DNA of 64,000 bases, taken from contig CBDDIJ010000005.1 in assembly GCA_965228855.1 (NCBI GenBank), positions 480,001-544,000 of the forward strand. The letters run 5' to 3'. The position numbers were made by a program, and so were the translations under genes. Below are positions 1 to 9,426 of this stretch, piece after piece (position 1 is the stretch's first letter; the number at the start of each line of letters is the position of its first letter). This stretch comes from Candidatus Obscuribacterales bacterium (GTDB taxonomy: Bacteria > Cyanobacteriota > Vampirovibrionia > Obscuribacterales > Obscuribacteraceae). The notes below the pieces were generated by a model that was given only the letters and a program-made list of their open reading frames with translations, was not told the origin of the DNA and searched no databases.

Positions 1-779
1 TTGGTTTCTTCGATAAACTCAAGACCGTCGTGAACTCCCTCCATCTTCTCACCGGGAATTTCCATCTCAGGCACAGCACCCAGTCCGACGGAAACAAAGA
101 CTGCATCGTATTCTTTGACGAGGTCCTCGAATGAAACATCTTTGCCGACCTCGGTGTTGAACTTGAACTTCACACCAAGTTGTTCCATCATTTTCACTTC
201 GCCGAGACTGACCTCTACGGGCTCGCGGAACACTACGATTCCATAGGTATCCAGACCACCGCCCCATTCGCGTTTTTCGAGAACGGTGACGTCGAATCCG
301 CGCTTGGCCAGCTCTCCGGCACACGACAAGCCCGCCGGACCAGAGCCCACAACGACGACTTTGAAGCCGTTAGGTTCTCCCTTTTGGAAGAACTCAATGT
401 TCTTCTCCTGCGCATAGTCCATCGCGTAACGCTGCAGTCGTCCGATCGTAATAGGTTTATGATCGTGTTGGAGAACGCAGGCGCCTTCGCACAGAACTTC
501 GACAGGACACACTCGAGAACAACTGGCGCCAAGGAGATTGCTCTCCAGAATCGTTCTGGCAGAACCTTTCACATTTCCAGTCGAAATTTTCCGTATGAAG
601 GTCGGAATATCGATTGTGGTCGGGCACGCCACCATGCATGGTGCATCATGACAGTACAGACAGCGGTTCGCTTCAAGCACCGCCTCCCGCTCGGAGTATG
701 CCGGATAATATTCCTGGAAACGTTCTTCCAAACTCATTTCCCAGGGTAGGTATTTAACTGGTTTGTAATGCTCAGCCAT
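1..779 (-). CDS. preT: Dihydropyrimidine dehydrogenase subunit PreT/PydX-like (GltD-family Fe-S flavoprotein); truncated at the window edge
   Basis: Not in the ORF track; translated by hand from ATG at 779: MAEHYKPVKY...EANRCLYCHDAPCMVACPTTIDIP...GASCSRVCPVEVLCEGAC...VVGSGPAGLSCA (Fe-S Cys motifs plus Rossmann GxGxxG). Lies downstream of the ureidopropionase gene. Confidence 0.8.
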   Translation of the reverse strand, partial: MAEHYKPVKYLPWEMSLEERFQEYYPAYSEREAVLEANRCLYCHDAPCMVACPTTIDIPTFIRKISTGNVKGSARTILESNLLGASCSRVCPVEVLCEGACVLQHDHKPITIGRLQRYAMDYAQEKNIEFFQKGEPNGFKVVVVGSGPAGLSCAGELAKRGFDVTVLEKREWGGGLDTYGIVVFREPVEVSLGEVKMMEQLGVKFKFNTEVGKDVSFEDLVKEYDAVFVSVGLGAVPEMEIPGEKMEGVHDGLEFIEET

Positions 780-874
780 GTTTTATCTCACAAGCACGAT
801 GGGATTCAGAACTATTTTGGAGCCGAAAAGCAAAGCCGCGTCAATACCACATGCGGTGCTGACTGCCGTCCGAA

Positions 875-904
875 AGGTTCGAGCGCTCGCCTGCACTCGA
901 ACCT
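875..904 (-). terminator. Intra-operon stem-loop after the ureidopropionase gene (terminator or mRNA stabiliser)
   Basis: AGGTTCGAG(875-883)/CTCGAACCT(896-904) inverted repeat, followed by a short T run on the - strand. Confidence 0.35.
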
Positions 905-917
905 CCGGAATGAATTA

Positions 918-1805
918 TTAGAGTCGAACCAATTCGTCGTAGGTCTCCGGTCTTCTGTCACGATAGAACTGCCAGGTGTGACGGACTTCCTTAATCTCAT
1001 CGAGATTCAGGTCTGCCACCACCAGCTCTTCTCCATCGCGACTGGCTTCGGCAATAATCTGACCACGCGGATTGCAGAAATAGCTCGTGCCGTAAAACTG
1101 ACCGATGTTCCAAGGTTCCTCAGTACCGACTCTGTTGATCGCACCGACGAAATAACCGTTGGCCGCAGCATGCGCGGGCTGTTCCAATTTCCAGAGATAT
1201 TCGGACAAGCCTGCAACCGTAGCAGACGGGTTGAAAACGATTTCGGCACCGTTCAAACCAAGGGCTCGAGCGCCTTCCGGGAAGTGACGGTCATAGCAGA
1301 TGTAAACTCCGATGGTGGCGTATTTGGTGTGGAACACCGGATAGCCGAGGTTGCCCGGACGGAAGTAGAACTTCTCCCAGAAACCGGGAGCGACATGCGG
1401 AATGTGGTTTTTGCGATATTTCCCGAGATAAGAGCCGTCAGCATCGATCACGGCCGCAGTGTTGTAATAGATTCCGGTCTGTTCCTTTTCATAGATAGGA
1501 ACGACAAGAACCATCTCGTATTGTTTGGCAACTTCTTGCAGCTTCTTGATGGTCGGACCATCCGGAATGGACTCCGCCGACTCGTACCAGCAGGTTTCCT
1601 GCTCGGCGCAGAAATAAGGTCCGTTGAAAATCTCCTGATAGCAGAGTATCTTCACGCCCTTTTCATGAGCTTCTTTTGTGAATCTGAGATGCTTCTCGAG
1701 CATCGCGTCTTTGATCTTTTGAATCGATTTCGAATCGGTTCCGCCTTCTTTGGAAACCACTTCGTTCTTTGTCTGAATCAGCCCGCAACGTACGATATTG
1801 GCCAT
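918..1805 (-). CDS. pydC: Beta-ureidopropionase (nitrilase/carbon-nitrogen hydrolase superfamily)
   Basis: Nitrilase triad motifs CYQEIFNGPYFC, KYRKNHIP, YICYDRHFPE; WQFYRDRRPETY C-terminus; pyrimidine-catabolism context. Confidence 0.88.
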   Translation of the reverse strand: MANIVRCGLIQTKNEVVSKEGGTDSKSIQKIKDAMLEKHLRFTKEAHEKGVKILCYQEIFNGPYFCAEQETCWYESAESIPDGPTIKKLQEVAKQYEMVLVVPIYEKEQTGIYYNTAAVIDADGSYLGKYRKNHIPHVAPGFWEKFYFRPGNLGYPVFHTKYATIGVYICYDRHFPEGARALGLNGAEIVFNPSATVAGLSEYLWKLEQPAHAAANGYFVGAINRVGTEEPWNIGQFYGTSYFCNPRGQIIAEASRDGEELVVADLNLDEIKEVRHTWQFYRDRRPETYDELVRL

Positions 1806-1896
1806 AACGTTTCCTTATTCTCCTTACCAGTTTTCACTGAGTATTTTGAGTTATGCCTGTATTTAGTTTTTTCGACCGGTGTGAAACCGATCGCGC

Positions 1897-3213
1897 TTAC
1901 TTCGCAGCAGCGCCGACTTTAGCCGTAGCTTCCAGCGCTTTCTTCATAACTTTTAGAAGTTGATCGGCATTATCTTTAGTGATGTTCATCGCAGGCTTGA
2001 TCCGAATTACGTTTCCGAACACGCCGCCCTTGCCGATTACAACACCATCGTCTTTAGCCATTTCAACAATCTTGGCAGTTTCAGCAGAAAGCGGAGTTTT
2101 CTTTTTGTCGGCAATTTCCATACCGAGCATCAAGCCTTTGCCGCGGACATCGCCAATGAGATCAGGGAAGTGTTTCTGCAGGTCTTCCATGCCGGCTTTG
2201 ATATAACCGCCAACTTCTTTAGCATTGGCCATCAAGTTTTCTTCTTCGATCACGTCGAGAACCGCGCAGCCAGTGGCTGCCGAGACTGGGTTACCGCCGA
2301 AGGTATTGATTTGTTGCTTCGCCGCCTTGTCTGCGATTTCCGGTGTGGTGATAACAGCACCGATAGGCAGCCCGTTACCGAGACCCTTAGCCATCGTGAT
2401 CAAGTCCGGTGTCACACCGTAGCTCTGAATTCCGAACCAATGCGTTCCCGTCCGACCGACGCCGGTCTGAACTTCATCGGCAATCATGAGAACGCCGTAC
2501 TGTTCCAAAACCTTTTTGACTTGAATGAAATACTCATCGGGCGGAGTGATTGTTCCACCGACACCCTGTATAGGTTCCGCGATAAACACCGCCGGCTTAC
2601 CGGATGTCTGCATCTGAATAGTGCGCTCGAGGTCCTGGACACATTCCATGTTGCAGCTATCAGGAGTTTTCTGGAATGGGCAGCGGTAGCAATATGCATT
2701 TGCCGCATGAACAATACCGGCAGCCGGCATAATTTCCGGACGATAGTGATGGTTAGCCGTCAGGGTGCTCGCCAGGTGCGATTCACCATGATATGAGTGG
2801 CGCAAAGCGATTACTTCGTTACGCCCGCTGGATACGCGAGCCACCTTAATAGCGGCTTCGTTAGCCTCGGTTCCGGAATTGGTGATAAACGATTTCGATA
2901 AATTTCCGGGTGCGATGTTCGCTAGTTTCTCAGCGAGATCGACCATCGGTTGAGTCATGAATACTGTCGAGGTATGCTGCAAGGTTTGAACCTGCTCGAC
3001 TGTTTTTGCCAAAACTTTCGGATTGCAATGACCGACGCTGACTGTGACGATGCCGGCAAACATATCGAGATACTCTCGGCCCGTCTCATCGTACAGATAC
3101 TGCATCTTCCCCTTCACGAAATGCGGCGGGTCGGTGTACATCTGCTTGACGCTGGGAAAGAGGTACTTTTCCCTCTTCTTCTTCAATTCTTCTCTATTGA
3201 GTTGAGCCGTCAT
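1897..3213 (-). CDS. pydD: Class III PLP aminotransferase (AGXT2-like, probable beta-alanine aminotransferase)
   Basis: Motifs [50 protein letters not shown]. Start set at ATG 3213 (MTAQLNREE), with AGGAG RBS at 3225-3229. Confidence 0.82.
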   Translation of the reverse strand: MTAQLNREELKKKREKYLFPSVKQMYTDPPHFVKGKMQYLYDETGREYLDMFAGIVTVSVGHCNPKVLAKTVEQVQTLQHTSTVFMTQPMVDLAEKLANIAPGNLSKSFITNSGTEANEAAIKVARVSSGRNEVIALRHSYHGESHLASTLTANHHYRPEIMPAAGIVHAANAYCYRCPFQKTPDSCNMECVQDLERTIQMQTSGKPAVFIAEPIQGVGGTITPPDEYFIQVKKVLEQYGVLMIADEVQTGVGRTGTHWFGIQSYGVTPDLITMAKGLGNGLPIGAVITTPEIADKAAKQQINTFGGNPVSAATGCAVLDVIEEENLMANAKEVGGYIKAGMEDLQKHFPDLIGDVRGKGLMLGMEIADKKKTPLSAETAKIVEMAKDDGVVIGKGGVFGNVIRIKPAMNITKDNADQLLKVMKKALEATAKVGAAAK

Positions 3214-3478
3214 TTCGCGCAATTCTCCTGGTCGACGCAGTGTGATACTGCTTGTGATGCCTGCCGGCAGCCAGCCGGTAGCCGAGCCCTGCCCGGCGGG
3301 ATGCCTGATTCGAGCCCCACCAGCGAGCGGACTCGGTGCGCGTAGCCGGAATGATGTTTGAAAACGGAGCCTCGCTCCGAAAAACAAAACCAACAGAAAG
3401 CTGCCCCGCTCCGCCTTTCAAGGGGCGAAACAAGGAAGAACAACTGGCTGTATAGATCCCGGATATGCCTGTTGTGAA

Positions 3479-3508
3479 ATAGTACTCAGTAAATGTTAAG
3501 AACGTCAA
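3479..3508 (-). promoter_or_regulatory. Putative sigma70-type promoter of the pyrimidine-catabolism operon
   Basis: - strand TTGACG-N18-TACTAT, about 265 nt upstream of the ATG at 3213. Confidence 0.45.
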
Positions 3509-3683
3509 TCATTCGAGTTTAATGCTTATTAATGCGCGAAGATAATCGAAACCTAATTGTTTGAGGCATACAGCCTGCTTCAGTTTGTCTACATTAATGA
3601 CAACACCTTATTGATTCGGCCCGTGCACTTGTATACTGGTGCGACCTCAATATTAGTCGCCGTTTCCAGTTCGTCGGTCGCCC

Positions 3684-5213
3684 ATGATTTTCAGTAGCCT
3701 GACATACCTCTTCTTCCTGCCCCTGGTAGTGTTCCTCTATTGGCGCACCAAGGGTAGTGTCAGAATGTGGCTACTGATCATCGCCAGCTACTACTTCTAC
3801 ATGAGCTGGTTGCCTGCATATGGTCTACTGTTGCTGGGCATGACCGTCATCAACTGGGTAATCGGCGAAGCATTATTCAAAGTCGTAAACAAACCCGAGG
3901 GCAAGAAATCCCCGGCAGCGAAGGCTCTTCTGGCGCTTGGATTAGCGCTAAACATCGGTAGCCTCTTCTATTACAAATACACCAACTTTATTATTCAAAC
4001 CTTTGCCGGCACCTGGAACTGGCTCTGCGAACTTCTAACTGTTGTGACCCCGCCGGCTTTGCACATGCAACCCTGGGACTATCCGGTGTTCCAGATTTTG
4101 TTGCCGCTCGCCATTTCGTTCTTTGTCTTCGAATTCGTCCATTACCTCGTCGACATTTATAGGGGCGACAAACCGGTGAGCAATTTTACTCACTTCATGG
4201 TTTTCTCGTCCTTCTTCCCGTCCCAGATTGCCGGACCGATCAAGCGCTATCAGGAATTTGTAGATCAGCTTCCCAAGCCGGAACCGTTGACATCAGCTCT
4301 AGCCGCCGAAGGTATTGGATTATTCATACAGGGTTTGTTCAAGAAGGTCGCCATCGCGGACCCAATCGGCTCGCTTATCTTCCCTTATTACGGTCAAACC
4401 GCTGCCATAAGCGGACCTGATGCATGGCTCGCCTCGATAGGTTTCGTTATTCAGGTCTATTGCGATTTCTCCGCATACACAGACATGGGACGCGGCTCAG
4501 CCCTGCTGATGGGCATTCGCCTGCCTGAGAACTTCGATCTTCCTTATCTAGCAAGAGACATTTCAGACTTCTGGCGCCGGTGGCACATGTCACTGTCCTT
4601 CTGGCTGAGAGACTACGTCTTCATCGCTCTGGGCGGCTCGAAAAAAGACCGCTGGGTAACCTGGAGAAATCTCTTCGCCACGATGGTCGTATGCGGTTTC
4701 TGGCATGGCGTGGGCTGGCACTACATCATCTTTGGAGCAATTCAGGGTCTCGGCATGATCGTCAATCGCGAATGGCGCTTGCTGCTCAGGTCCAGCCAGT
4801 GGAGACTGTTCGCAAAACAAATGCACTTCGAACACAGACTCAACAACTCATTTTTCCAGCTGTTGAATCTTCTAATCACCTGGGTCTTCATCGCCTTCAC
4901 CTTCGTTGTCTTCCGGGCGCCGGATATGACTCGAGCATTCAACATCTTCGAAGGAATGCTCAGTTTCCGCGGCGAATGCCAACTCTGGGAACCAATCATC
5001 AAAGCGGGTCTTATCCCCATCACTTCGGTGTACCTGCTAGCCTGGCTGGTCACGGAGTACGTAAAACGGCATCCCGAGCCGTTCCGTTTCATCCGAGATC
5101 CACAACTGGGCTACAAATATCCTTTCAAACTGGCTACGTGGACCGCCGCTATCATTCTAACGATCGCAGCGAGACCGCTTGCGGCAGTACCTTTCCTTTA
5201 TTTCCAATTCTAG
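3684..5213 (+). CDS. algI: MBOAT family O-acyltransferase (AlgI/PatA/DltB-like)
   Basis: MIFSSLTYLFF start, LPLAISFFVF, IAGPIKR, DFSAYTDM, DFWRRWHMSLSFWLRDYVFI, GFWHG; C-terminal PFLYFQF. Confidence 0.9.
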   Translation: MIFSSLTYLFFLPLVVFLYWRTKGSVRMWLLIIASYYFYMSWLPAYGLLLLGMTVINWVIGEALFKVVNKPEGKKSPAAKALLALGLALNIGSLFYYKYTNFIIQTFAGTWNWLCELLTVVTPPALHMQPWDYPVFQILLPLAISFFVFEFVHYLVDIYRGDKPVSNFTHFMVFSSFFPSQIAGPIKRYQEFVDQLPKPEPLTSALAAEGIGLFIQGLFKKVAIADPIGSLIFPYYGQTAAISGPDAWLASIGFVIQVYCDFSAYTDMGRGSALLMGIRLPENFDLPYLARDISDFWRRWHMSLSFWLRDYVFIALGGSKKDRWVTWRNLFATMVVCGFWHGVGWHYIIFGAIQGLGMIVNREWRLLLRSSQWRLFAKQMHFEHRLNNSFFQLLNLLITWVFIAFTFVVFRAPDMTRAFNIFEGMLSFRGECQLWEPIIKAGLIPITSVYLLAWLVTEYVKRHPEPFRFIRDPQLGYKYPFKLATWTAAIILTIAARPLAAVPFLYFQF

Positions 5214-5230
5214 AATTGAGGCACTAGACC

Positions 5231-5398
5231 ATGAACGCACGACCGCGCGCAATACGTCAAAAAGAACGACATACCAACGTTCCAAAAGAACGCGTTCTCA
5301 ACAAAGAAAAACGCATTCTTGATCCAAGAGTGAACGTGCTCAACGACAAGCCCCACTCATTCAATCCGAAAGAGCGCGCCTTGAGTCCCAGCAGATAA
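5231..5398 (+). CDS. Small basic 55-aa ORF with 7-residue repeats (below the ORF-track cutoff)
   Basis: ATG 5231 with GAGG upstream, TAA 5396-5398. MNARPRAIRQKERHTNVPKERVLNKEKRILDPRVNVLNDKPHSFNPKERALSPSR. Fills the MBOAT-SGNH gap. Confidence 0.45.
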   Translation: MNARPRAIRQKERHTNVPKERVLNKEKRILDPRVNVLNDKPHSFNPKERALSPSR

Positions 5399-5412
5399 TC
5401 AGGAGTCTACAA

Positions 5413-6849
5413 ATGGTTGTCTCGGCACCAGACAAAACAACGATTGAAATTAAAGACCAAAGCAGCGCAAAACCCACGCGTCGCAACTGGTTTAAACTGG
5501 TCGCCGTTTGCCTGGCTATGCAAGTCTGCGCGCTTCTGTTTACCGAATGCGTTTTGTACGTGGCTGGTCTGGGCGAAGAAGAAATTTTTGCATTCGACAA
5601 AGATCTCGGTACTCGCCATATGAAGAACAAAAGGATCACCTGGCGCAGTGAGGGGTTCGGTGTATGTTACTTCGATGCCGACGGATTGCAGGATCCTGGA
5701 CTGACTGTGGCGAAACCTGCAAACACATTTAGAGTAGCCGTGCTCGGTGACTCGCTAGTCGAAGGTCTTCAAGTTCCAGCCGACAAGAAATTCACGCGCA
5801 TTTTGAATGAGTCGGTAAAACTCGCCAACGGCAAGAATATCCAGGTTGTTAACTTCGGCACGTCAGGCTATTCGACCGCTCAAGAATACACACTGATGAA
5901 GAAGCAGGTATTTAAGTACGCACCGGATATGGTGGTAGTCTGCTACAACAGCCGCGACATTTTTGAAAATTGGTCACCGCCGGACGCTACTCTTACAAAC
6001 ATCAGACCGGTAGCAATCTGCCTTCCGGGTCAGCCGCTCGTGGTTTCTAACGCAGCGATTTTAGAATGGATGAAATCGCCGCGTGCCAGATTTCTGCAAA
6101 GCATCAGCTGGCTGCGCCAGAATAGCCGCATCTGGGGCTTAATATCGGCGATGGAGACCGAATTGAGTTTTAACGACAAAACATACCAGACGATAATGGA
6201 ACTGGTCACTAGACCAAAGAAAGCGGTTAAGCGACTCTGGGCTGAATATTCACAACCGGAAAAATGGGAAGTTTCGAAATGGTTTGTATCCTCAGGCTCG
6301 TCGGGACCATCATTCAACATCCAATTCTTCGAAGGCAAGGATCCGAACGCTCAGGTCAATAAGTCATTCCCAACCGGCGCCAAGAAGAAAAAGAAAAGGT
6401 CGCCAGAACAAATTGCCCAGAAGAACGCAGATGTGACGCCGGCGCCGGAGCCGAAGAAGCCGGTGACCGAAGGCGAAAGGAACTACATCAAATTGATGAG
6501 CCGGACCCTTGGTGCGCTTGTTTCAGAAATGGATTCCTTATGCAAGGAACACAAAACCAAATTCGTGGTGGTGGCAATGCCTGCAAGACTGGGACTGGAT
6601 CCCAATCCTGGAACAGAGACCACTATGTACGGTCTCGACTATCCTGGCGAAGTCGAAGTAGTCAAAACCACATGCGCTGAACGCGGCGTACCGTTCTACG
6701 ACATGCTGAAGCCCGCACAGTCAGAACTAACCCAGAATGAGAAGAAGGCGATGTTCTACTCATTGCACCTGGCACCGGCAGGACATAAGTACATTGCCGA
6801 CAAGCTCACACCGTTCCTTAAACAAGAGTGTGATAACGTTGGCCGATGA
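5413..6849 (+). CDS. Membrane-anchored SGNH/GDSL-fold protein (AlgJ/PatB-like O-acetyltransferase)
   Basis: N-terminal TM helix, VAVLGDSLVEG block I, NFGTSGYST block II, SLHLAPAGH block V; AGGAG RBS; downstream of the MBOAT gene. Confidence 0.8.
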   Translation: MVVSAPDKTTIEIKDQSSAKPTRRNWFKLVAVCLAMQVCALLFTECVLYVAGLGEEEIFAFDKDLGTRHMKNKRITWRSEGFGVCYFDADGLQDPGLTVAKPANTFRVAVLGDSLVEGLQVPADKKFTRILNESVKLANGKNIQVVNFGTSGYSTAQEYTLMKKQVFKYAPDMVVVCYNSRDIFENWSPPDATLTNIRPVAICLPGQPLVVSNAAILEWMKSPRARFLQSISWLRQNSRIWGLISAMETELSFNDKTYQTIMELVTRPKKAVKRLWAEYSQPEKWEVSKWFVSSGSSGPSFNIQFFEGKDPNAQVNKSFPTGAKKKKKRSPEQIAQKNADVTPAPEPKKPVTEGERNYIKLMSRTLGALVSEMDSLCKEHKTKFVVVAMPARLGLDPNPGTETTMYGLDYPGEVEVVKTTCAERGVPFYDMLKPAQSELTQNEKKAMFYSLHLAPAGHKYIADKLTPFLKQECDNVGR

Positions 6850-7255
6850 GATTCGCAACGCGTGGAAAGGCATCAAGATGCCACCGTCGCAAGCCGAAGA
6901 GTGTGAAGACGCACTGAGAGCCAATCCCAATGATCTGGAACTGCGTTGCAAAATGCTTGGATATTTCATGAGCAATCGGTTTATTGATCCGATTGGATTG
7001 CAAAAATTCCATGAGCATGTTCTCTTCACCATACGAAATTTTCCGCATAACAAAATTGCCGGCTCCCATTATGCTCAATACGATTTAGCAATTGACGATC
7101 GGGCATTCTACGAGCAAGCAAAATGTATCTGGCAAAATCATCTGGCGTCCAATCCAGATGACACAACCATCATCAAGCACGCTGCAGAATTCTTCGCTGC
7201 TGCAGACAGAGAGTTGTCCGCTGCTCTGGTGTTGAAGTTGCAATCTCGTTCCTGA
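6839..7255 (+). CDS. Hypothetical all-helical (TPR-like) protein
   Basis: ORF overlapping the SGNH stop (start uncertain, TTG 6839 chosen); NPNDLELRCKMLGYF and NPDDTTIIKHAAEFF helical-hairpin motifs. Confidence 0.55.
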   Translation: MADEIRNAWKGIKMPPSQAEECEDALRANPNDLELRCKMLGYFMSNRFIDPIGLQKFHEHVLFTIRNFPHNKIAGSHYAQYDLAIDDRAFYEQAKCIWQNHLASNPDDTTIIKHAAEFFAAADRELSAALVLKLQSRS

Positions 7256-7427
7256 ACCAGCGAGTGCAAACGGCGCCTTTCAGTCGAAGACCTTAAATCT
7301 GTGCCATAATGGAAGTATCGATGTCGTCGGATTTCATCGAAAAATACTTGAGGAAGCCGCGCTTGCAGGATCCAGTAGCGGCTCAAGACTAAGTAAATCC
7401 AACGCTCATCGTGCATAAGGAGAAGAC

Positions 7428-9374
7428 ATGCAGATTCTTCTCGTCGATCTTAATCCTGGCAAAATTCTGCCTGTCTTTTTGAACAGTCCGGACTTTGAAC
7501 TGAGCCGCGCGACAGGGATACAAGCGGCGACAATGCGACTGGCGGCCAGACCGGCTATTGATCTGGTTCTTCTGGACCTTGATGACGAGCAGAATCCCGA
7601 CAAGAGAATGTCGATGTTCGATAGCCTGGTGGCAAACATTGACAAGCTGCCAATCATAGTTATTTCCGAATGCAGCGATTTCAAAGGCGGCATTCAGTTT
7701 CTCAAGAATGGCGCGCAGGATTATATATCGAGAACCTCAGCAAAGACCGACCTCTGCGAACGCATGCGTTTTGCGATCGAGCGAAAAAAATTCGATCTTT
7801 CAGTTCGCTCCGACGTAGACAAATCAAGACTTATGCTCGAAAAACTGGTGCAAGAGAGGACCTTAAAACTGACGCAGAGTAACGAAGAACTGCGGCAATT
7901 TGCAAAGATAGCCTCACACGATCTACAGGAGCCTCTTCGCTGCGTCGAAGGTTTCGTCGATTTATTGCGCGAAAAGACCGCAGATAAGATGGAGCCGGTT
8001 TGTCTGGAGTATATGGACTTCATTGTAGACGGTGCCCAGCGCATGCGTCATCTGATCAGCTCAGTTTTACGTCATTCGCAGATCAAAAATGATGAAGACG
8101 GCACCAACTACGACACCAACAGCAACCAGGTGCTCCAGGAAGTAATCGCGAACCTGGGCGACTTGATTGAGGATAGCCGGACTACATTCGAGACGACCAG
8201 GCTGCCGTGCGTGAGTGTAGAACACTCTCAACTCTCGCAACTCTTTCAAAACCTGATAAGCAACTCGATCAAGTATCGGCGCCGGGATGCGCCTCACATA
8301 CGGATTAGCGCAGAGAGAAGCGCCGACATGTGGTTGTTCTCATTCCACGACAACGGAATCGGAATTGATGCGGCTTACGCAGGAAAAATCTTCGATATGT
8401 TTTCACGACTTCATGCCAAGACCAAGTATCCAGGCAGTGGTATCGGACTGGCGATCTGCAAGCGCATAGTCACCTCGAATGGTGGCAGCATCTGGGTGGA
8501 GTCTAAACCAGACCACGGTTCGATCTTTCTATTCACCCTGCCGGCCGCAGGACAAACAAGGAGAAACTCAATGAAAAGCCCAATGGATATTCTGCTGGTG
8601 GAGGACACGCTATCAGATGTCCGACTGACCGAAGAGGCGTTGCAGCGCTCCAATTTGAATTACGAATTGAAAATCGTCGGAGACGGAGTCGAAGCTACTG
8701 AATACCTTTTCAAACTGAAGGAACTGACCAGGAAGTTGCCGGATATCATTCTTCTCGACCTGAATATGCCTAGAAAAAATGGCCACGAAGTTTTGAACGA
8801 GATCAAGAACGACATCATACTGAGGCAGATCCCGGTCATTCTCCTGACCGTTTCCGAAAGTGAGGATGACGTGCAGGAAGCGCTCAAACAGCGAATGAAC
8901 TACTACATGGCAAAACCGGTTAATTCCGAACGACTTTCGACACTGATACGTGCGATTCATGACCTGCAGACAAAACCAGTGGACGAGGGAACTCAATATA
9001 CCAGTTCTGAAACTCACATGCGCCTCGTTCTGGCAGGCAATCCGCACACCTCGATGGTAGCACTGCGAAAGCTCGCTGCCGATCCCAATGTTAAAGTGCG
9101 AAGTCGCGTCGCAGAAAATCCAGGCATCGCGCCGGCTTTGATTGAGAAGCTTTCCCTTGATCCGAGCGTTGAAGTTAGACTAAGCCTTTGCGAAAATCCC
9201 AGCACGCCCAGGTTGGTTCTTGAGGCGCTAGCGAGCGATTCCAGTGAAGAGGTGCGCCTCGGGCTGGCGTCAAACCCTCACCTTCCGGAAGATATATTGA
9301 ATGAATTATCGAACGACGATAATGTTTTTGTATCGTCTGCCGCACGCAATAGCCTGGCAGCTCAAGGAGTTTAA
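7428..9374 (+). CDS. Hybrid sensor kinase: REC-HisKA-HATPase-REC-LRV/HEAT repeats
   Basis: ASHDLQEPLR H-box, DNGIGI and GSGIGLAIC G-boxes, DILLVEDT/DIILLDLNMP receiver, C-terminal VRSRVAENP-type repeats; AGGAG RBS. Confidence 0.85.
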   Translation: MQILLVDLNPGKILPVFLNSPDFELSRATGIQAATMRLAARPAIDLVLLDLDDEQNPDKRMSMFDSLVANIDKLPIIVISECSDFKGGIQFLKNGAQDYISRTSAKTDLCERMRFAIERKKFDLSVRSDVDKSRLMLEKLVQERTLKLTQSNEELRQFAKIASHDLQEPLRCVEGFVDLLREKTADKMEPVCLEYMDFIVDGAQRMRHLISSVLRHSQIKNDEDGTNYDTNSNQVLQEVIANLGDLIEDSRTTFETTRLPCVSVEHSQLSQLFQNLISNSIKYRRRDAPHIRISAERSADMWLFSFHDNGIGIDAAYAGKIFDMFSRLHAKTKYPGSGIGLAICKRIVTSNGGSIWVESKPDHGSIFLFTLPAAGQTRRNSMKSPMDILLVEDTLSDVRLTEEALQRSNLNYELKIVGDGVEATEYLFKLKELTRKLPDIILLDLNMPRKNGHEVLNEIKNDIILRQIPVILLTVSESEDDVQEALKQRMNYYMAKPVNSERLSTLIRAIHDLQTKPVDEGTQYTSSETHMRLVLAGNPHTSMVALRKLAADPNVKVRSRVAENPGIAPALIEKLSLDPSVEVRLSLCENPSTPRLVLEALASDSSEEVRLGLASNPHLPEDILNELSNDDNVFVSSAARNSLAAQGV

Positions 9375-9426
9375 GAACGACACCGAATACGGTGCCAACT
9401 CAAGGTGATCAGTTCGGCAAGAAAAT

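Noticed and set aside
180..3345. Long + strand ORFs 180-749, 768-1922, 1960-2796 and 2950-3345
   Set aside because: Antisense shadows of well-supported - strand enzymes, with no recognisable motifs.
3585..3603. TTGTC-N9-GACAA inverted repeat in the pyd/MBOAT divergent promoter region
   Set aside because: Only 5-bp arms and no second clear copy; could be chance.
5255..5350. AAAGAACG-type direct repeats as a possible mini-CRISPR
   Set aside because: Repeats are short and degenerate, with no unique spacers and no cas genes; better explained by the small repeat ORF.
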